This document shows positions 29,320 to 43,103 of a stretch of 64,000 nucleotides of DNA, piece by piece. Below the pieces are notes generated by a model, which was not told where the DNA came from, did not search any database, and was given only the letters and a program-made list of their open reading frames with translations. The DNA comes from the human T2T-CHM13v2.0 reference genome, Homo sapiens. The position numbers were made by a program, and so were the translations under genes. The stretch is taken from the NCBI RefSeq assembly GCF_009914755.1, contig NC_060945.1; one strand, written 5' to 3'. Every line of letters starts with the position of its first letter. The stretch's first letter is position 1.

Positions 29320-32180
29320 ATGGACCAATTCTTTTGAAAACTGCAAATTACCACAGTTCATCTAACATGAAATAGATAACCTGAATGGTCCAATAACTAG
29401 TAAAGATATTGAATTAATAGTTTAAAAACCTTCTGAAAGGTAAATCTCTACCCTAAATGATTTCACTGGTGAATTCTATCAACACATTTAATGAAGAAAA
29501 AACTCCAGTTCTAAACAACTTTCAGAAAAGAAGAGGGAACACTTCCTCACTCATTATATGAGGTAAGCATTGCCCTAATACCAAAACCAATGTTAACACA
29601 AAATATGAAACCTACAGACCAATAACCCTCATGAACATAAATGTAAAAATCCTCAAGAAAACATTAGCAAATTTAAACCAGCAGGATATAAAAGGAATAA
29701 TAATACACCATAACAAAAAAAGAAACTATCCTTGGAATGCAAGGCTGGTTCAATATTTGAAAATCAATCAGTGTAATCTACCATATTAACAGTCTGAAGA
29801 AGAAAAATCATGATTATATCAATACAGAAAAAAATTGACAAAATTCAACATCAGTTCATGATAAAATTCTCAGCAAACTAGAAAGGGAAGGAAATTTAAC
29901 ATGACATAGGACATCTACAAAAAAACCTACAGAAAATCCTAAGGAGTCTATGAGAAAATTTCCTAAAACTAGTGAGTGAGTTTAACAAGATCACAGAGTG
30001 CAAGGTCATCATACAGAAGTCATTTTTATATCTTAGCAATGTACAATTAGAAATTAAAGAATATCACAGTAGCTTCAAAAATATGAAAGGCTTAGAAATC
30101 TAACAAAATGTGATCTGGATGCTGAAAATGATGAGATGGTAATGAAAGAAACCCCAGAAAACCTAAATAAATGGAGAGATAAGAAGGCTCAACCTAGTAA
30201 AGACGTATGTTCTTTTTAAATTGATCTGTAGACTTAATAAAATTCCAATTAGAATCCAAGCAGGATTTGTTCTTATAGATAAGCTCATTATGAAATGTAT
30301 ATGGAATGTAAAGGAACTAGTGCTATGGTTTGTCCCCACCAAATCTCATGTTGAAATTTGATCCTCAGTGTGGTGGTGTTGGGAGGTGGGGCCTAGTGGG
30401 AGGTGTTTGGGTCATGGGTGTGGATCCCTCATGAATAGATGAATGCCCTTCCTCGTGGGTAGATAAGTGAGTTCTAGCTCTTTCAGGTCCCAACAAGAGC
30501 TGGTTGTGAAAAAGAGCCTGGCACGCCCACTTGCCTCTGCTCCCACCCTGTGGTCTCTGCACGTGCCAGCTCCCCTTTGCTTTCCACCGTGAGGGGAAAT
30601 AGCCTGAAGCCCTCACTGGATGCCCAATCCTGAACTTTCCCAACCAGCAGAACCATGAGCCAAATAAACCTCATTTCTTTATAAATTACCCAGCCTCAGA
30701 TATTCCTTTTTGGCAACACAAAAATGGACTAAGAGAACTAGAGTAGCTGATAGAATTTTTTAAAAGAAGGGTAAAGTTGGAGGAACTATACTACTTGATT
30801 TTGAAGCTACAGTAATCAGGACAATGTGGTGAAGGGACAGACACGTAAGTCAATGGAATGGAGACGAGAGATTTCTACAAATATGGTCAATGGGTTTTTT
30901 TTAACAAAGGTACAAAAATCAATTTAATGGAGAAAAGACAGTCTTTTCAGCAAATGTTACTGGAATAGTTGTCATCCATATCTAAAAAACAACACCTCAA
31001 CCTCACATCTCATACACAGCTGAACTTAAAATTGATCATAGATCTAAGTGTGTGAAATGTAAAACTATAAACCTCCTTGAAAAAATCATAGAAAATCTTC
31101 ATCACCTGGACTTGGGCAAAGACTTTTTACTCTAAAAGCGTGATCCATAGCAGAAAATGTTGATAAATTGAATTTCATCAAAACTAAAAATGACTGCTCT
31201 GCAAAAGGATGATGCTAAGAGAATAAAAAAGACAAGCTAAGATTAGGAGAAAATATTGCAAAGAACATATCCAGTGTGTGTTCTGAATATACAGAGAAAT
31301 CTCAAAACTCAACAGGAAGAAAACAAGCCAATTGAAAATGGGCAAAATACTTGAACAGACACTTTACCAAAGTGGATATACAGATATCAAATACACACAT
31401 GAAAAGATGTTCAGCATAGCCATCAGGGAAATGCACATTAAAGCCACAGTGAGATATCACTTACACCCATTGAAAAATGACTACAATAAAAAAAAAATCT
31501 GATAGTAATACCAACTGTCATCGAGGATGAGGAACAGCTGAAAGTCATGCATTGCTGGAGGGAACATGCCACTGTGGAAACAGGTGGGTGCTTTCTTATA
31601 GACTTGTATGTGCACTCACCTTATGCCCAGGAGTCCCTCTCCTGTGTGTTCAACCCAGAGATATGCAAGCTGTGTTCACACAAAAACCTGTATGTGAATG
31701 ATTATACTAGCTCTCTTTATAATTGCAAAAAAAAAAAAAAACAAAACCTGGAAACAACCCAAGTGTCCTTCATCTGGATAATCCTTAAGGATAAACTGGT
31801 GCGTCCACACAGTGGAATACCACTGAGCAGTGAAGAGGAGCCAGTTATTGAAACAGGTAATTTGGAGGAACCCCAGAAACGGTACAGTGAGTGAAAGAAA
31901 CTTGTCTTGAAAGGTTATGTACTGTTTGGTTCCATTTGTATGATATTCTCAAAAAGACACAAGACCATGGGGATGGAGACCAGATCGGTGGCTGGAGAGG
32001 CTGGGGTCGGGGAGGGCATGACCACCAGAGAAAAGGGTGAAGAGTGTTTTGGGTGGCAGAGCTGTGTGTATGCTGGCTGTGGTTGTGAGGACAAAATCCA
32101 CACAAGCGCTCAAGTTCGTAGGCTGTACGCCAGAAAAGCTGTTTCACTACATAACTGAAAAAATAAGATTGAAAAATAAG
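29320..32180 (+). mobile_element. Old L1M (L1MB/MC-like) ORF2 and 3' UTR fragments, interrupted by an MST LTR
   Basis: 'ggaatgcaaggctggttcaatat', 'aaaatgggcaaaatacttgaacagacac' and other degenerate ORF2 blocks. Confidence 0.8.
30321..30736. mobile_element. MST (MaLR) solo LTR with 5-bp TSD ACTAG
   Basis: 'tgctatggtttg...aatggactaaga'; actag on both sides. Confidence 0.85.
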
Positions 32181-33095
32181 ATGTATATATTTTTTGTGTG
32201 CGTGTGTAGAAAAATACTTGAAGGTAAACTGCAGAGTGATAACAGTGGTTTCTTCTAGGTACTGGGTTAATATGTGATTTTTATGTTTGTTTGAGCTTTT
32301 CTAAGTTTTCTACATTTTCCGTACAAAACATGTATTACTTCTGTAATAAAAGCAGCTTGAGATTATTTAAGGAAGCAAAACACTTCTGTTGTTTCTCATC
32401 AACTACAGGATGAAGTGCAGGCTCCCTGGGTGGTTTGCAGGGGCCACAGGCCTTGGCCCCACCTCGCTGGTGCTCCCTCTACTCCTTTCTGTGTTTGAAG
32501 CAAGTTCTGGTTCAGACAGAAAGCCTGGCCTTTGAGGGCGTTGGGTCCCCACTTCCTCAGTCATAGATGTGATGTGCTTCCCTTGACTTGGGACCTTCTG
32601 AGGGATGCAAGGTGGACCAAAGGACCCGTGAATGGCCAGGGCATGCCTGCGTGGCTTTCGGTTTCTTAAGCAGTGATTTCAGTCCACTTAAAGGGTGTGA
32701 AAATTCTGAGAATGCTACGGACCAAATATATTTTATGTAACAGTTGGGACCCGGCAACACTTCAGGGCTCTTTCAAAATCTGGTAGCTACGAGCTCTTCC
32801 GTGACTGAGATGGGACAAGAGTGAAGATTTGTCCTTGCTTTTAGCTCTGCTCCAGTTCATAGTTCTAATGGGAAATTATGTGACTTAAACCCAGGCTGTG
32901 AGATGCATCAGTGACGTGTGGGCATAAAATAAACCCTCGAGATGTTCTCTTGCATGGTACACTGGCCTAGGCAGGAATATTCTTGAGGCTAAAACTGTAG
33001 AACTGTCAGACTAGTGTTACGAATGTGGTGGTGAGAGGCCTGTGCAGCCGCGGGGCCTGTGATGTGTCTCCTGTGTGTCTTTCACTCCTATGCAG

Positions 33096-33271
33096 TTTGA
33101 GTTCATGATCGAGTCCATCCTGTATGCCCGGGATGCCTGGCTGAAGGAGGACGGGGTCATTTGGCCCACCATGGCTGCGTTGCACCTTGTGCCCTGCAGT
33201 GCTGATAAGGATTATCGTAGCAAGGTGCTCTTCTGGGACAACGCGTACGAGTTCAACCTCAGCGCTCTGAA
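33096..33271 (+). CDS. PRMT2: PRMT2 exon 8 (FEFMIESILYARDAWLKEDGVIWP)
   Basis: AG/GT bounded, 176 nt; motif III. Confidence 0.97.
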
Positions 33272-35183
33272 GTAAGTGTCCACAGCTGGGACTGGCACCG
33301 TCTTGTGGGGCCTCCTGGTCCACAGTCTGCAGGTGGGCCAAGGCCCTGGGAGATCCCATACGACGGTTGGATAAATGAGGGTACCTGTGCACCCAGATAG
33401 GACAATCTGTTGTAGCATTGGAGTAATTAAAGCAGTATGGTGCTATAACAAGACAGATGGGCAGAGCAGGGTAGAATGCAAGGAACAAAAATTTTCGTAT
33501 GTGAAAAAGGTGGCATTACGATTAGGAGGGAGTGAGGGCCAAGTCAGCAAATTATTCTGGAGCAGTTGATTAGCCCTTGTTCTCTCACGCCATACGTGAA
33601 AACTTAATTCTGCATGGAATCAGCGTCAGCGACAGACATCCATGGGGGCCTGTGTGCACCATCTTAGGTGGAGAAATGAGCAGCAACAATGGATGGAATG
33701 GACCCTGGGCTAGATAGAATCTGGCAGTCTATGTGGCAGAAATCAGCAAAAACACGATTGTAAAAGCAAACAAGTAATTAGAGAAATCACGTGCTGTCAG
33801 GTCTTGGAATCAATTAGAAAGAGATGACTAGCCAGATGGAATTGCAGCCCAATCATGTGAACAGGCAAACCGCAAAAAATAAATAAAATTACCAATAAAT
33901 ACATGAAAAATTATAATGTTGTTAGTAGTTAAAATGCGAATTAAAATACATGCTGTTTTCCCTACCAGACAAGCAAAGAGTAAATTAAAATAGTAGCCCA
34001 GGCTTGCCTGGCAGTGGCAGGGAGGTGTGGCTGCCAGGGCCTTAGAGGTTGGCATCAGGCTGCCCACCCCAGTCACTGCCAGAGCCTCCCACCTGAGTGT
34101 TCCTCCCGGCACTGGAAGCCAGTGGCCGTCCAGAGGAACGTGATTGAATTGCTGTATATCCATCTGGTGGAGCACTGCTGTGTGTCTGTTAAAAAAGAAA
34201 CCATAGGTTTTTAGGGATATGTAATGATATTTAGAAAGGGTTTAAGAGACAGTAAAGCTTGGCAGAATAAACCGTGTATACAGAATGGATGTTTGCTTGC
34301 ATAAATAAATTTATATAAATATGTCTGGGGGATAAAAATAAGTATATCACAATGCTAAGACAGGCATATGGGGAATTTAAGCTTTTCTTTATACTTGTCC
34401 ATAGTTTCCAATTTTTAAATTTGTAATTTTTTATCAGAAAAATAAATGTGTAAATATAGTGGAATCTTTATTAAAACATTCACTTTTATTTGCTATTTCA
34501 GAAGTTACTGCTTTGCTTATTTTTTACAACATTTCTGTGGTAAATAATCGGTGACTTACAAGCCTAGTGCAGCCAGTGATGGGGGTTGGCAAACGGTGAC
34601 ATGCAGGGGCCATGCGGCGTCTAGTGTCTGTTTCTGTGTTGAATTTGTGTAGCAACAGAGCAAGTATTTCTCCTGAAACTCAGACTCACTCAGGCCACCT
34701 CAGCCCTTCTAGTTCCTTTCGTTTATTATAGAGTAACCTACAGCAGGAATACCGCGTTCATTTACTGTTAATAGAAGATCCACAAAAGATTTTGAAATCA
34801 AATACATTCTAAAACTAGGCAAGACACGCTGCAACTCCCCTTGTCCTCTGGGTTATGAGGGGTGAGCGTTGGTTTCCGTGTGCTCAGATCCCATGAATGA
34901 GACCTCACAGGGAAGCGCCCAGTGACTGGCAGGCTCCTTAATGCCTCCAGGTCAGGCTCAGGAAGTCTCTGGATGCCTGGGTAGAGTCTGGGTCTTCTCA
35001 GAGCGGGAGGCACCCAGGGCCTGTGGAGGCCTGAGGGCTGCTCTGGGGTTCCAGGGCCCCAGATAGTGGCTTAGCATCCTGGTGACACAGAAGGGAGAGC
35101 ACTCACCGCGGTCCCACGTGTGTGTTTTGAAGCCTAAGATGTTTGCAATGACTCTCAACAGTCGCTTTGACCTTTTCCCCTAG

Positions 35184-35313
35184 ATCTTTAGCAGTTAAGG
35201 AGTTTTTTTCAAAGCCCAAGTATAACCACATTTTGAAACCAGAAGACTGTCTCTCTGAACCGTGCACTATATTGCAGTTGGACATGAGAACCGTGCAAAT
35301 TTCTGATCTAGAG
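35184..35313 (+). CDS. PRMT2: PRMT2 exon 9 (SLAVKEFFSKPKYNH...ISDLE)
   Basis: AG/GT bounded, 130 nt; frame compatible with neighbours. Confidence 0.95.
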
Positions 35314-35689
35314 GTGAGAAAAAGATGAATTGCTCCTTACATTCGATAATCAGTGACCACGAAACACTCAGACCAGAGCCTGGCTTATCAAAAACCTTCA
35401 GTGAGTGCTGGGGGTGTGAGTGAATAACTAATTATTTTATTATGCAAATAAGTGAATTTATAAAACGTTTGCTACTGATTTTTTCCAGTCTTTTTTCTTT
35501 TTTACGTTCTATTTTGATTCTTTCATATTGTACACCATTTTATGTCTCCAGCGTCTTCATTTTAGATTTATGTTTAATATTCTCAGCATCTTCAAAATCA
35601 AATAAATTATATTTCGTTTCATTATGGTATTTGCATTACAGTTTTTTTCAAGTATTTTAAGCCACTCTTCATGACAGAATCGTTAGAAT

Positions 35690-36670
35690 TCCCTCCGTGA
35701 ATCCCTGTCTGTGGCCGCGCGGTGGCGCTCGTGGGCTCTGGGCGGTTTCCCCGCGCCCCCGCCCTGCCTGGCGCCCCAGCTGGCGCCGCGTCTGGAGATG
35801 GGGCGGGCGCGGTGGCGCCGGCGCGCTTTGGTTTTTAGTTCGTTCTGCTGTGGAAAGGCCCAGCCTGGAGCTCTCCAACTCCTTAACTGGAAGAGCTGAG
35901 CGCCGAAAAGATTCCGCAGGAATCTGGGGTAGAAAATTGGGCGCAAGAAGCTCAGATGCTTGAAACGTTTCTGACTGAAGCCTCTGAACTCACGATGCGG
36001 GTTTTGGGGGTGGTTTCCCCAGGCTGGGGGGCTTTTCTACGGTTCCTGACGCATTCAGCGTCTGCGCGGGGCGCGTGGAGGGGGCCGCCCCAACCCGGGC
36101 CCTGCGGTGCCACGCGGTGCCCACGCGTGCCTTGTCATCTGCTTGACCCAGACCCTGAGGGGCGAGCTGCGCTTCGACATCAGGAAGGCGGGGACCCTGC
36201 ACGGCTTCACGGCCTGGTTTAGCGTCCACTTCCAGAGCCTGCAGGAGGGGCAGCCGCCGCAGGTGCTCAGCACCGGGCCCTTCCACCCGTGAGTGTGCGG
36301 GGCGCGGGCACGGGGTGCGGGGTGGGGGGCAGGGGAGTAGGCGGGGTGCGGGGATGGGGCGCGCAGGAGGGGGTGGGGCGCGCAGGAGGGGGTGGGACGC
36401 GGCGTGGCGGTCGTGGGGGGGTGGGGCACGTGGGGGCGCGGGCAGTGGGGTGGGGGCGGCGCGCATGGGGGCACGGGTGGTGTAGACACCGCAGCCTGTG
36501 TGCCCCCTTCCGGGTCTCGCCACCACTCTGGGCCCAGCCTGGGCGTCCCTCCGACAACAGCCCCAACGGGAGGAGCTCCCTGTCTTCCACCCCGCGAGGA
36601 GCACCACAGCTCTTCATGGTCTGACCCAAAGCGCCTCCACGGGGCGTCGGGGTTCACCTGACGTTTTTGG
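35690..36670. promoter_or_regulatory. Intragenic CpG island spanning PRMT2 exon 10
   Basis: Sharp AT-to-GC transition at ~35690 with dense CpGs. Confidence 0.85.
36152..36288 (+). CDS. PRMT2: PRMT2 exon 10 (TLRGELRF...HGFTAWF...LSTGPFHP)
   Basis: AG/GT bounded, 137 nt. Confidence 0.96.
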
Positions 36671-37753
36671 AGGTGCCTGTTTTTTGGGACACATTTCCCC
36701 GCCAGCACCCTGGGCATGTGTGGCAGTGGAGCTGCCTTCAGGGCCCTGCAGGCCTTCCCTTTGGGTGGGGTTGGCTACCCCGGTCTGGCACCTGCCCCGC
36801 TGACTTCCCAGCGTGGTGGCCCCGCGAGGGGACCCCGGCTCCAGGGAGGTCGCAGAGGTGCGGGGTTGATGGCCTGGCCTGGCATGTGGTCCCCATCACA
36901 AGAGTCCTGTGGTGGCCCCTCCAGTGCCATCACCGGGTGGAGGTGGGCAGCTTGGAGGCCAGTTATACCCATCCCCGAGTCTGGGGGCGTGGAGGGGGCA
37001 GTGACCTGGGGCACAGGCTGGGGTGAGGGGTGTGACCAGAGTCAGGGAAAAACTGGAGACCTGAGGAGCCCCCCACTTCACTGCTGGCCCCACCGTGGAC
37101 AGTGGGAGTTTGAGGGAAGACAGAGCCTGAGGAACTTAGAGATGTTTCCAACGCAACCCAGTGCAGAATCATAGCGTTTTACTATTTCCCCCCAAATGTG
37201 ACAGTTGTCCTCACCTTGTAACCTTCACAGAAGCGACTCCTTGGACCTGATTCTGTCTGTGTACACCACAGTTTAACAGCAGGAGCTAGATCACCAGCCT
37301 CTGCAGCTTAGGCAAGGGTGCAGGAAGGGGTTGCACAGCCGTCCTCCTGGCGGGCCGGGGAGTCGACACCACACGGGACCTTTAGTGCAGCTGTGTGTCC
37401 CCTGAGCTCCCGCATCCTCTGGGCCACCCAGGGTGAGCCGTCCACACCTCCTGGAATCTGAGTGGTCTCAGGAGCAAGCTTGTGTTTGGCATTGGCAGGA
37501 TCTGTCTCACTAGCGTAACTTTGATCCCAGTGTATCCCATAGAGTCCCTTTAGATCACAGGGCTGGGGGTGTATATGTTCCCTGAGTTAGCCTGAAAAGC
37601 CAAGCTTTGTGTCCCCAGGCCCTCAGGGTGGACTGCCGGCTGTGTGGGTGCTGTTGGGGGCGAGAGCCAGTGCGAGCCTGAGTCAGCGCCCCGAGGGCCA
37701 TGTGGAGACTGCCCTAGCTCAGCCTCCAGGTCACACGCACCCCTGTCTTGCAG

Positions 37754-37925
37754 CACCACACACTGGAAGCAGACGCTGTTCATGATGGACGACCCAGTCC
37801 CTGTCCATACAGGAGACGTGGTCACGGGTTCAGTTGTGTTGCAGAGAAACCCAGTGTGGAGAAGGCACATGTCTGTGGCTCTGAGCTGGGCTGTCACTTC
37901 CAGACAAGACCCCACATCTCAAAAA
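37754..37925 (+). CDS. PRMT2: PRMT2 exon 11 (THW loop, TTHWKQTLF)
   Basis: AG/GT bounded, 172 nt; THW motif. Confidence 0.97.
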
Positions 37926-38665
37926 GTAAGATACGTAGTTGTAAGATTCTGTCCTGTGGGTGCCGGTCCTCAGGGAGACAGGCCTGGGTGGTGGTAGTGA
38001 TGGCAGATGCTGGCCCACACTGGGGTCCACGCCTTTTGTGCAGGAGTGATTTAATCCTTACACAGAAAGCGCCTGTTGTCATTGGCTTCATTTCCCATCT
38101 GACAGCACGGGAAGTGGAGGGCTCTGGAAGGGAAGTCAGGGAAGTCATTCCCTCAGGTGACACGGTAAGTGAGGGAGAGCAGAGACCCACATCAGCCTGA
38201 GGCCCCTTGTGCCATGTCCAGAGGGTCCCCCAGATGGACAGAAGCCTGAGCTGTGCCTTGGCGCTCCCTTTACACAGGCCTCTGTGGCTTCCCAGGCAGC
38301 AGTTAGTCTAGGCGTGTCGTCTGTGATGCGTGTTCTGACTGGCAGCCTTCGGATCCGTGTGTGAATTCATGTGTAGCTCGCCCAGCTCACTTGGGCTTCC
38401 TGTCTCAGAGGCTGCTGAAAATGGAATGTTCTTCTTTGGGCTCAGGATTAATGTGGCAAAGAAAATAAAAATAAATGGTTTTCCTTCATTTTTTATATTT
38501 GTTTTGTGCTTTGCTTTGTGATAAGTTTTTGTTAAAAGTTTGTCATTTAAAAAAATTCTGCACCTGAATACTGTTCTCTTGTCCAATATTAAACCATTAG
38601 GAAATGTAGTATGTTAATCAAATGATTTATCATCTGATTGACCTGTTGTCATTTATCTTTTTCAG

Positions 38666-38698
38666 GTTGGAGAAAAAGTCTTCCCCATCTGGAGATGA
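38666..38698 (+). CDS. PRMT2: PRMT2 last coding exon (VGEKVFPIWR*)
   Basis: Acceptor ttttcag|; TGA at 38696-38698; total CDS 1302 nt. Confidence 0.95.
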   Translation, partial: VGEKVFPIWR

Positions 38699-39260
38699 CA
38701 GTTGATGCTTTATTTGGAAAGCAGTGTGCATATCTTGAGGGGTGATGAACACAAGCAAACCAAGTTGCACCTGGCTTCTGCACACTCCTGCGAAAGTCGG
38801 TGAACATTCACTCCACATTGACCCCTCCCTAGCCTGGCAGGTGACGTCAGGGTCCTTCACAGACAAACACGCTTGGGCTCGGCAGGAGCTGCCGTGGCCA
38901 CCCCCGCTGCCCAGTGTCTGCCCTCTAGAAGTAGGCTGTGTTTCCAGGTGTTCACCCGTGGTGCCCACAGTGCCGACCCGTGGCTGGGTCGGAGCTCCAT
39001 GTTCCTAAGCTAGGTCTAGGTCTACACTCCTAGGACGCACGCATATCAGCCCGTGTACCCTGTGACAGTGACTGTCCCCACCTCCTGTGTTAGTGGTGCC
39101 CTTACTGCCGTCGCTCATCCACTCGTGTGGGACGTAGGATTGCACAGGGCTGTGCCAGTGGCGTGTAGGGAACACTGCCCTGGCTCAGCGTGCGAGCTAA
39201 GGTGGCGATGTATGCGATGGGACTCTGCATGGGATAGTACAGTTGTGTAGACGTCTTCCA

Positions 39261-39299
39261 AATAAATTATGTGTTGGTGCATCGCACATGCTCAATAAA
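39261..39299 (+). terminator. PRMT2: PRMT2 tandem poly(A) signals
   Basis: AATAAA at 39261 and 39294, followed by GT/T-rich sequence. Confidence 0.8.
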
Positions 39300-39495
39300 T
39301 ATTTTTAAATGAGTGAATGTCATTGTGTATCCTGTTTTATGCATATATGTTATTTTTTGTAATTACAGGATCATACTATATGCATTGCTTTATAAGTTTT
39401 TCTCAATATTGTGAAAAAACTTCCACATCAGTAGATACATGTCCATACTTTTTTTTTGTATTGTTTTGATTTTTATTAAATTTTATTGAAATATA

Positions 39496-39859
<364 letters not shown>

Positions 39860-40582
39860 TTATAAAGTGGACGCACATGTAACCAGCATCCAGGCCAGGA
39901 CACACTACAGATTCCCCGATTCCCCTTCCACTCAGTGCCCACCCTCTCAAGGGTGATGTCCTGACTTGTAACTGTCGATTACTCTTGCCTGAATGGAGTT
40001 GTACACGTGTTCTTTTGTGTCTGCCTTCTTTAATTAAACATTGTTTGTGAGACTCATCTATGAATTTTAGACAGTGTGGTTGTGGTTGACTTTTTCATTG
40101 TGGCATAGTATTCAACTGCATGAATAGACCACAGTTTATGATCTTGTTTCACATGGTGTCCTTTTGGGTTGTTGCCATGGTTTAGCTATGATGATTACTG
40201 AGACTGTGGACATTTCTGTGTATGTGTTTTGGTGCATGTATGTACACATTTCTGTTGGGTGTACACTGTATACCAGGTTTTCAAGTCAAGGAATCTAATA
40301 TCCCTGCCAGCTGTGCATGAGAGTTGGCATCCTCGTCAACACCCAGTATTGTGTTTTGCATTTTACCTGCTCTGGTGGGCGTGTGGATTTGGTATACATT
40401 TCATTGATGACTAATCCAGTTTTGTAGATTTGCCGCTCATTTTGGATATCCTGTTTTTGAGGTGCTTGTTTAAGTCTTTGGCCCATTTTACTATTAGGGT
40501 TTTTTTTTTTCTATTTCTAATTGAGATTCCAGGTGTTCCTGATATAATTTGGCTGAGTCCTGTAACACATATATTTTTGTGA

Positions 40583-41463
<881 letters not shown>

Positions 41464-41559
41464 ACAGGCATGACTTTGTACTTAACTGCTCAGCTTTGTA
41501 ATCACTGGGGGCCCAGATGCTCACTTGGATTCTAACTTTGTTGGCATCTGGGCCTAAAA

Positions 41560-42570
41560 GCCGTGATGCAGGTGAGCAATGATGCAGAGGGCTCTGTGCG
41601 CCTGGCGGGCTCTGTTTGCCTGCTGGGCTCTGTGCGCCTGCTGGGCTCTGTGCGCCCGGGAAGGTGCGGCCACCCTCACGCGGAAGGCGGCCAGCGGATC
41701 CCGGTGCGCGCAGCTCCCAGCGCTGGGGTTCCAGCGCCCCGCCTCTTCCTGTAGCAACCAGCGGGACCTGCCGTCCCCCGGGGCACCCCGAGGGGTCTGC
41801 GCCCGCTTCTTTCCGAAACGGGAAGGCGCTGGGGGCTCGGCAGCCAGAGGGACGGGTTCAGGGAGCGTCCGGTGAGCCTAAGACGCGCCTTTGCCGGGGT
41901 TGCCGGGTGTCTGCCTCTCACTTAGGTATTAGGAACCGTGGCACAAATCTGTAGGTTTTCCTCTGGGGGTGGGCGGAGGCTCCAAACCGGACGGTTTTCT
42001 CCTGGAGGACTGTGTTCAGACAGATACTGGTTTCCTTATCCGCAGGTGTGCGCGGCGCTCGCAAGTGGTCAGCATAACGCCGGGCGAATTCGGAAAGCCC
42101 GTGCGTCCGTGGACGACCCACTTGGAAGGAGTTGGGAGAAGTCCTTGTTCCCACGCGCGGACGCTTCCCTCCGTGTGTCCTTCGAGCCACAAAAAGCCCA
42201 GACCCTAACCCGCTCCTTTCTCCCGCCGCGTCCATGCAGAACTCCGCCGTTCCTGGGAGGGGAAGCCCGCGAGGCGTCGGGAGAGGCACGTCCTCCGGGA
42301 GCAAAGAGCTCCTCCGAGCGCGCGGCGGGGACGCTGGGCCGACAGGGGACCGCGGGGGCAGGGCGGAGAGGACCCGCCCTCGAGTCGGCCCAGCCCTAAC
42401 ACTCAGGACCGCCTCCAGCCGGAGGTCTGCGCCCTTCTGAGGACCCTGCCTGGGGGAGCTTATTGCGGTTCTTTTGCAAATACCCGCTGCGCTTGGACGG
42501 AGGAAGCGCCCACGCGTCGACCCCGGAAACGAAGGCCTCCCTGATGGGAACGCATGCGTCCAGGAGCCTT
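41560..42570. promoter_or_regulatory. Orphan CpG island downstream of PRMT2
   Basis: Dense CpGs, GC boxes, ETS-like CCGGAA (42523), NRF1-like CGCATGCG (42551). Confidence 0.85.
41589..41656. repeat. 18-bp minisatellite (~3.8 copies, gggctctgtgcgcctgct)
   Basis: Direct reading. Confidence 0.9.
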
Positions 42571-43103
42571 TATTTACTCTTAATTCTGCCCGATGCTTGT
42601 ACGTGTGTGAAATGCTTCAGATGCTTTTGGGAGCGAGGTGTTACATAAATCATGGAAATGCCTCCTGGTCTCACCACACCCAGGGTGACAGCTGAGATGC
42701 GGCTTCTCCAGGGTGGAGCCTCCTCGTTTTCCAGAGCTGCTTGTTGAAGTCTTCCCAGGGCCCCTGACTTGCACTGGAAACTGCTCACCTTGGCATCGGG
42801 ATGTGGAGCAAGAAATGCTTTTGTTTTCATTCATCCTAGTGTTCATAAAATGGAAAACAAATAAGGACATACAAAAACATTAATAAAATAAATTAATGGA
42901 ACTAGATTTTTCAGAAAGCACAACAAACACAAAATCCAAGTATTGCCATGTCAGCAACACATTCCTACTTTAAGTTTTATGAAGTTAATTGGAGTAGTGG
43001 AGAACAAAAGTGGATGTGGGGCAGATCTGCGTCCTGCATGTGTCTTGCAGCCAGACTGTTCCAGCTGTGGCAGACCTCAAAATAGAGAGGACCCAGGTTT
43101 TCT

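Noticed and set aside
41589-41656. Short repeat array as CRISPR-like
   Set aside because: Head-to-tail minisatellite without spacers in eukaryotic DNA
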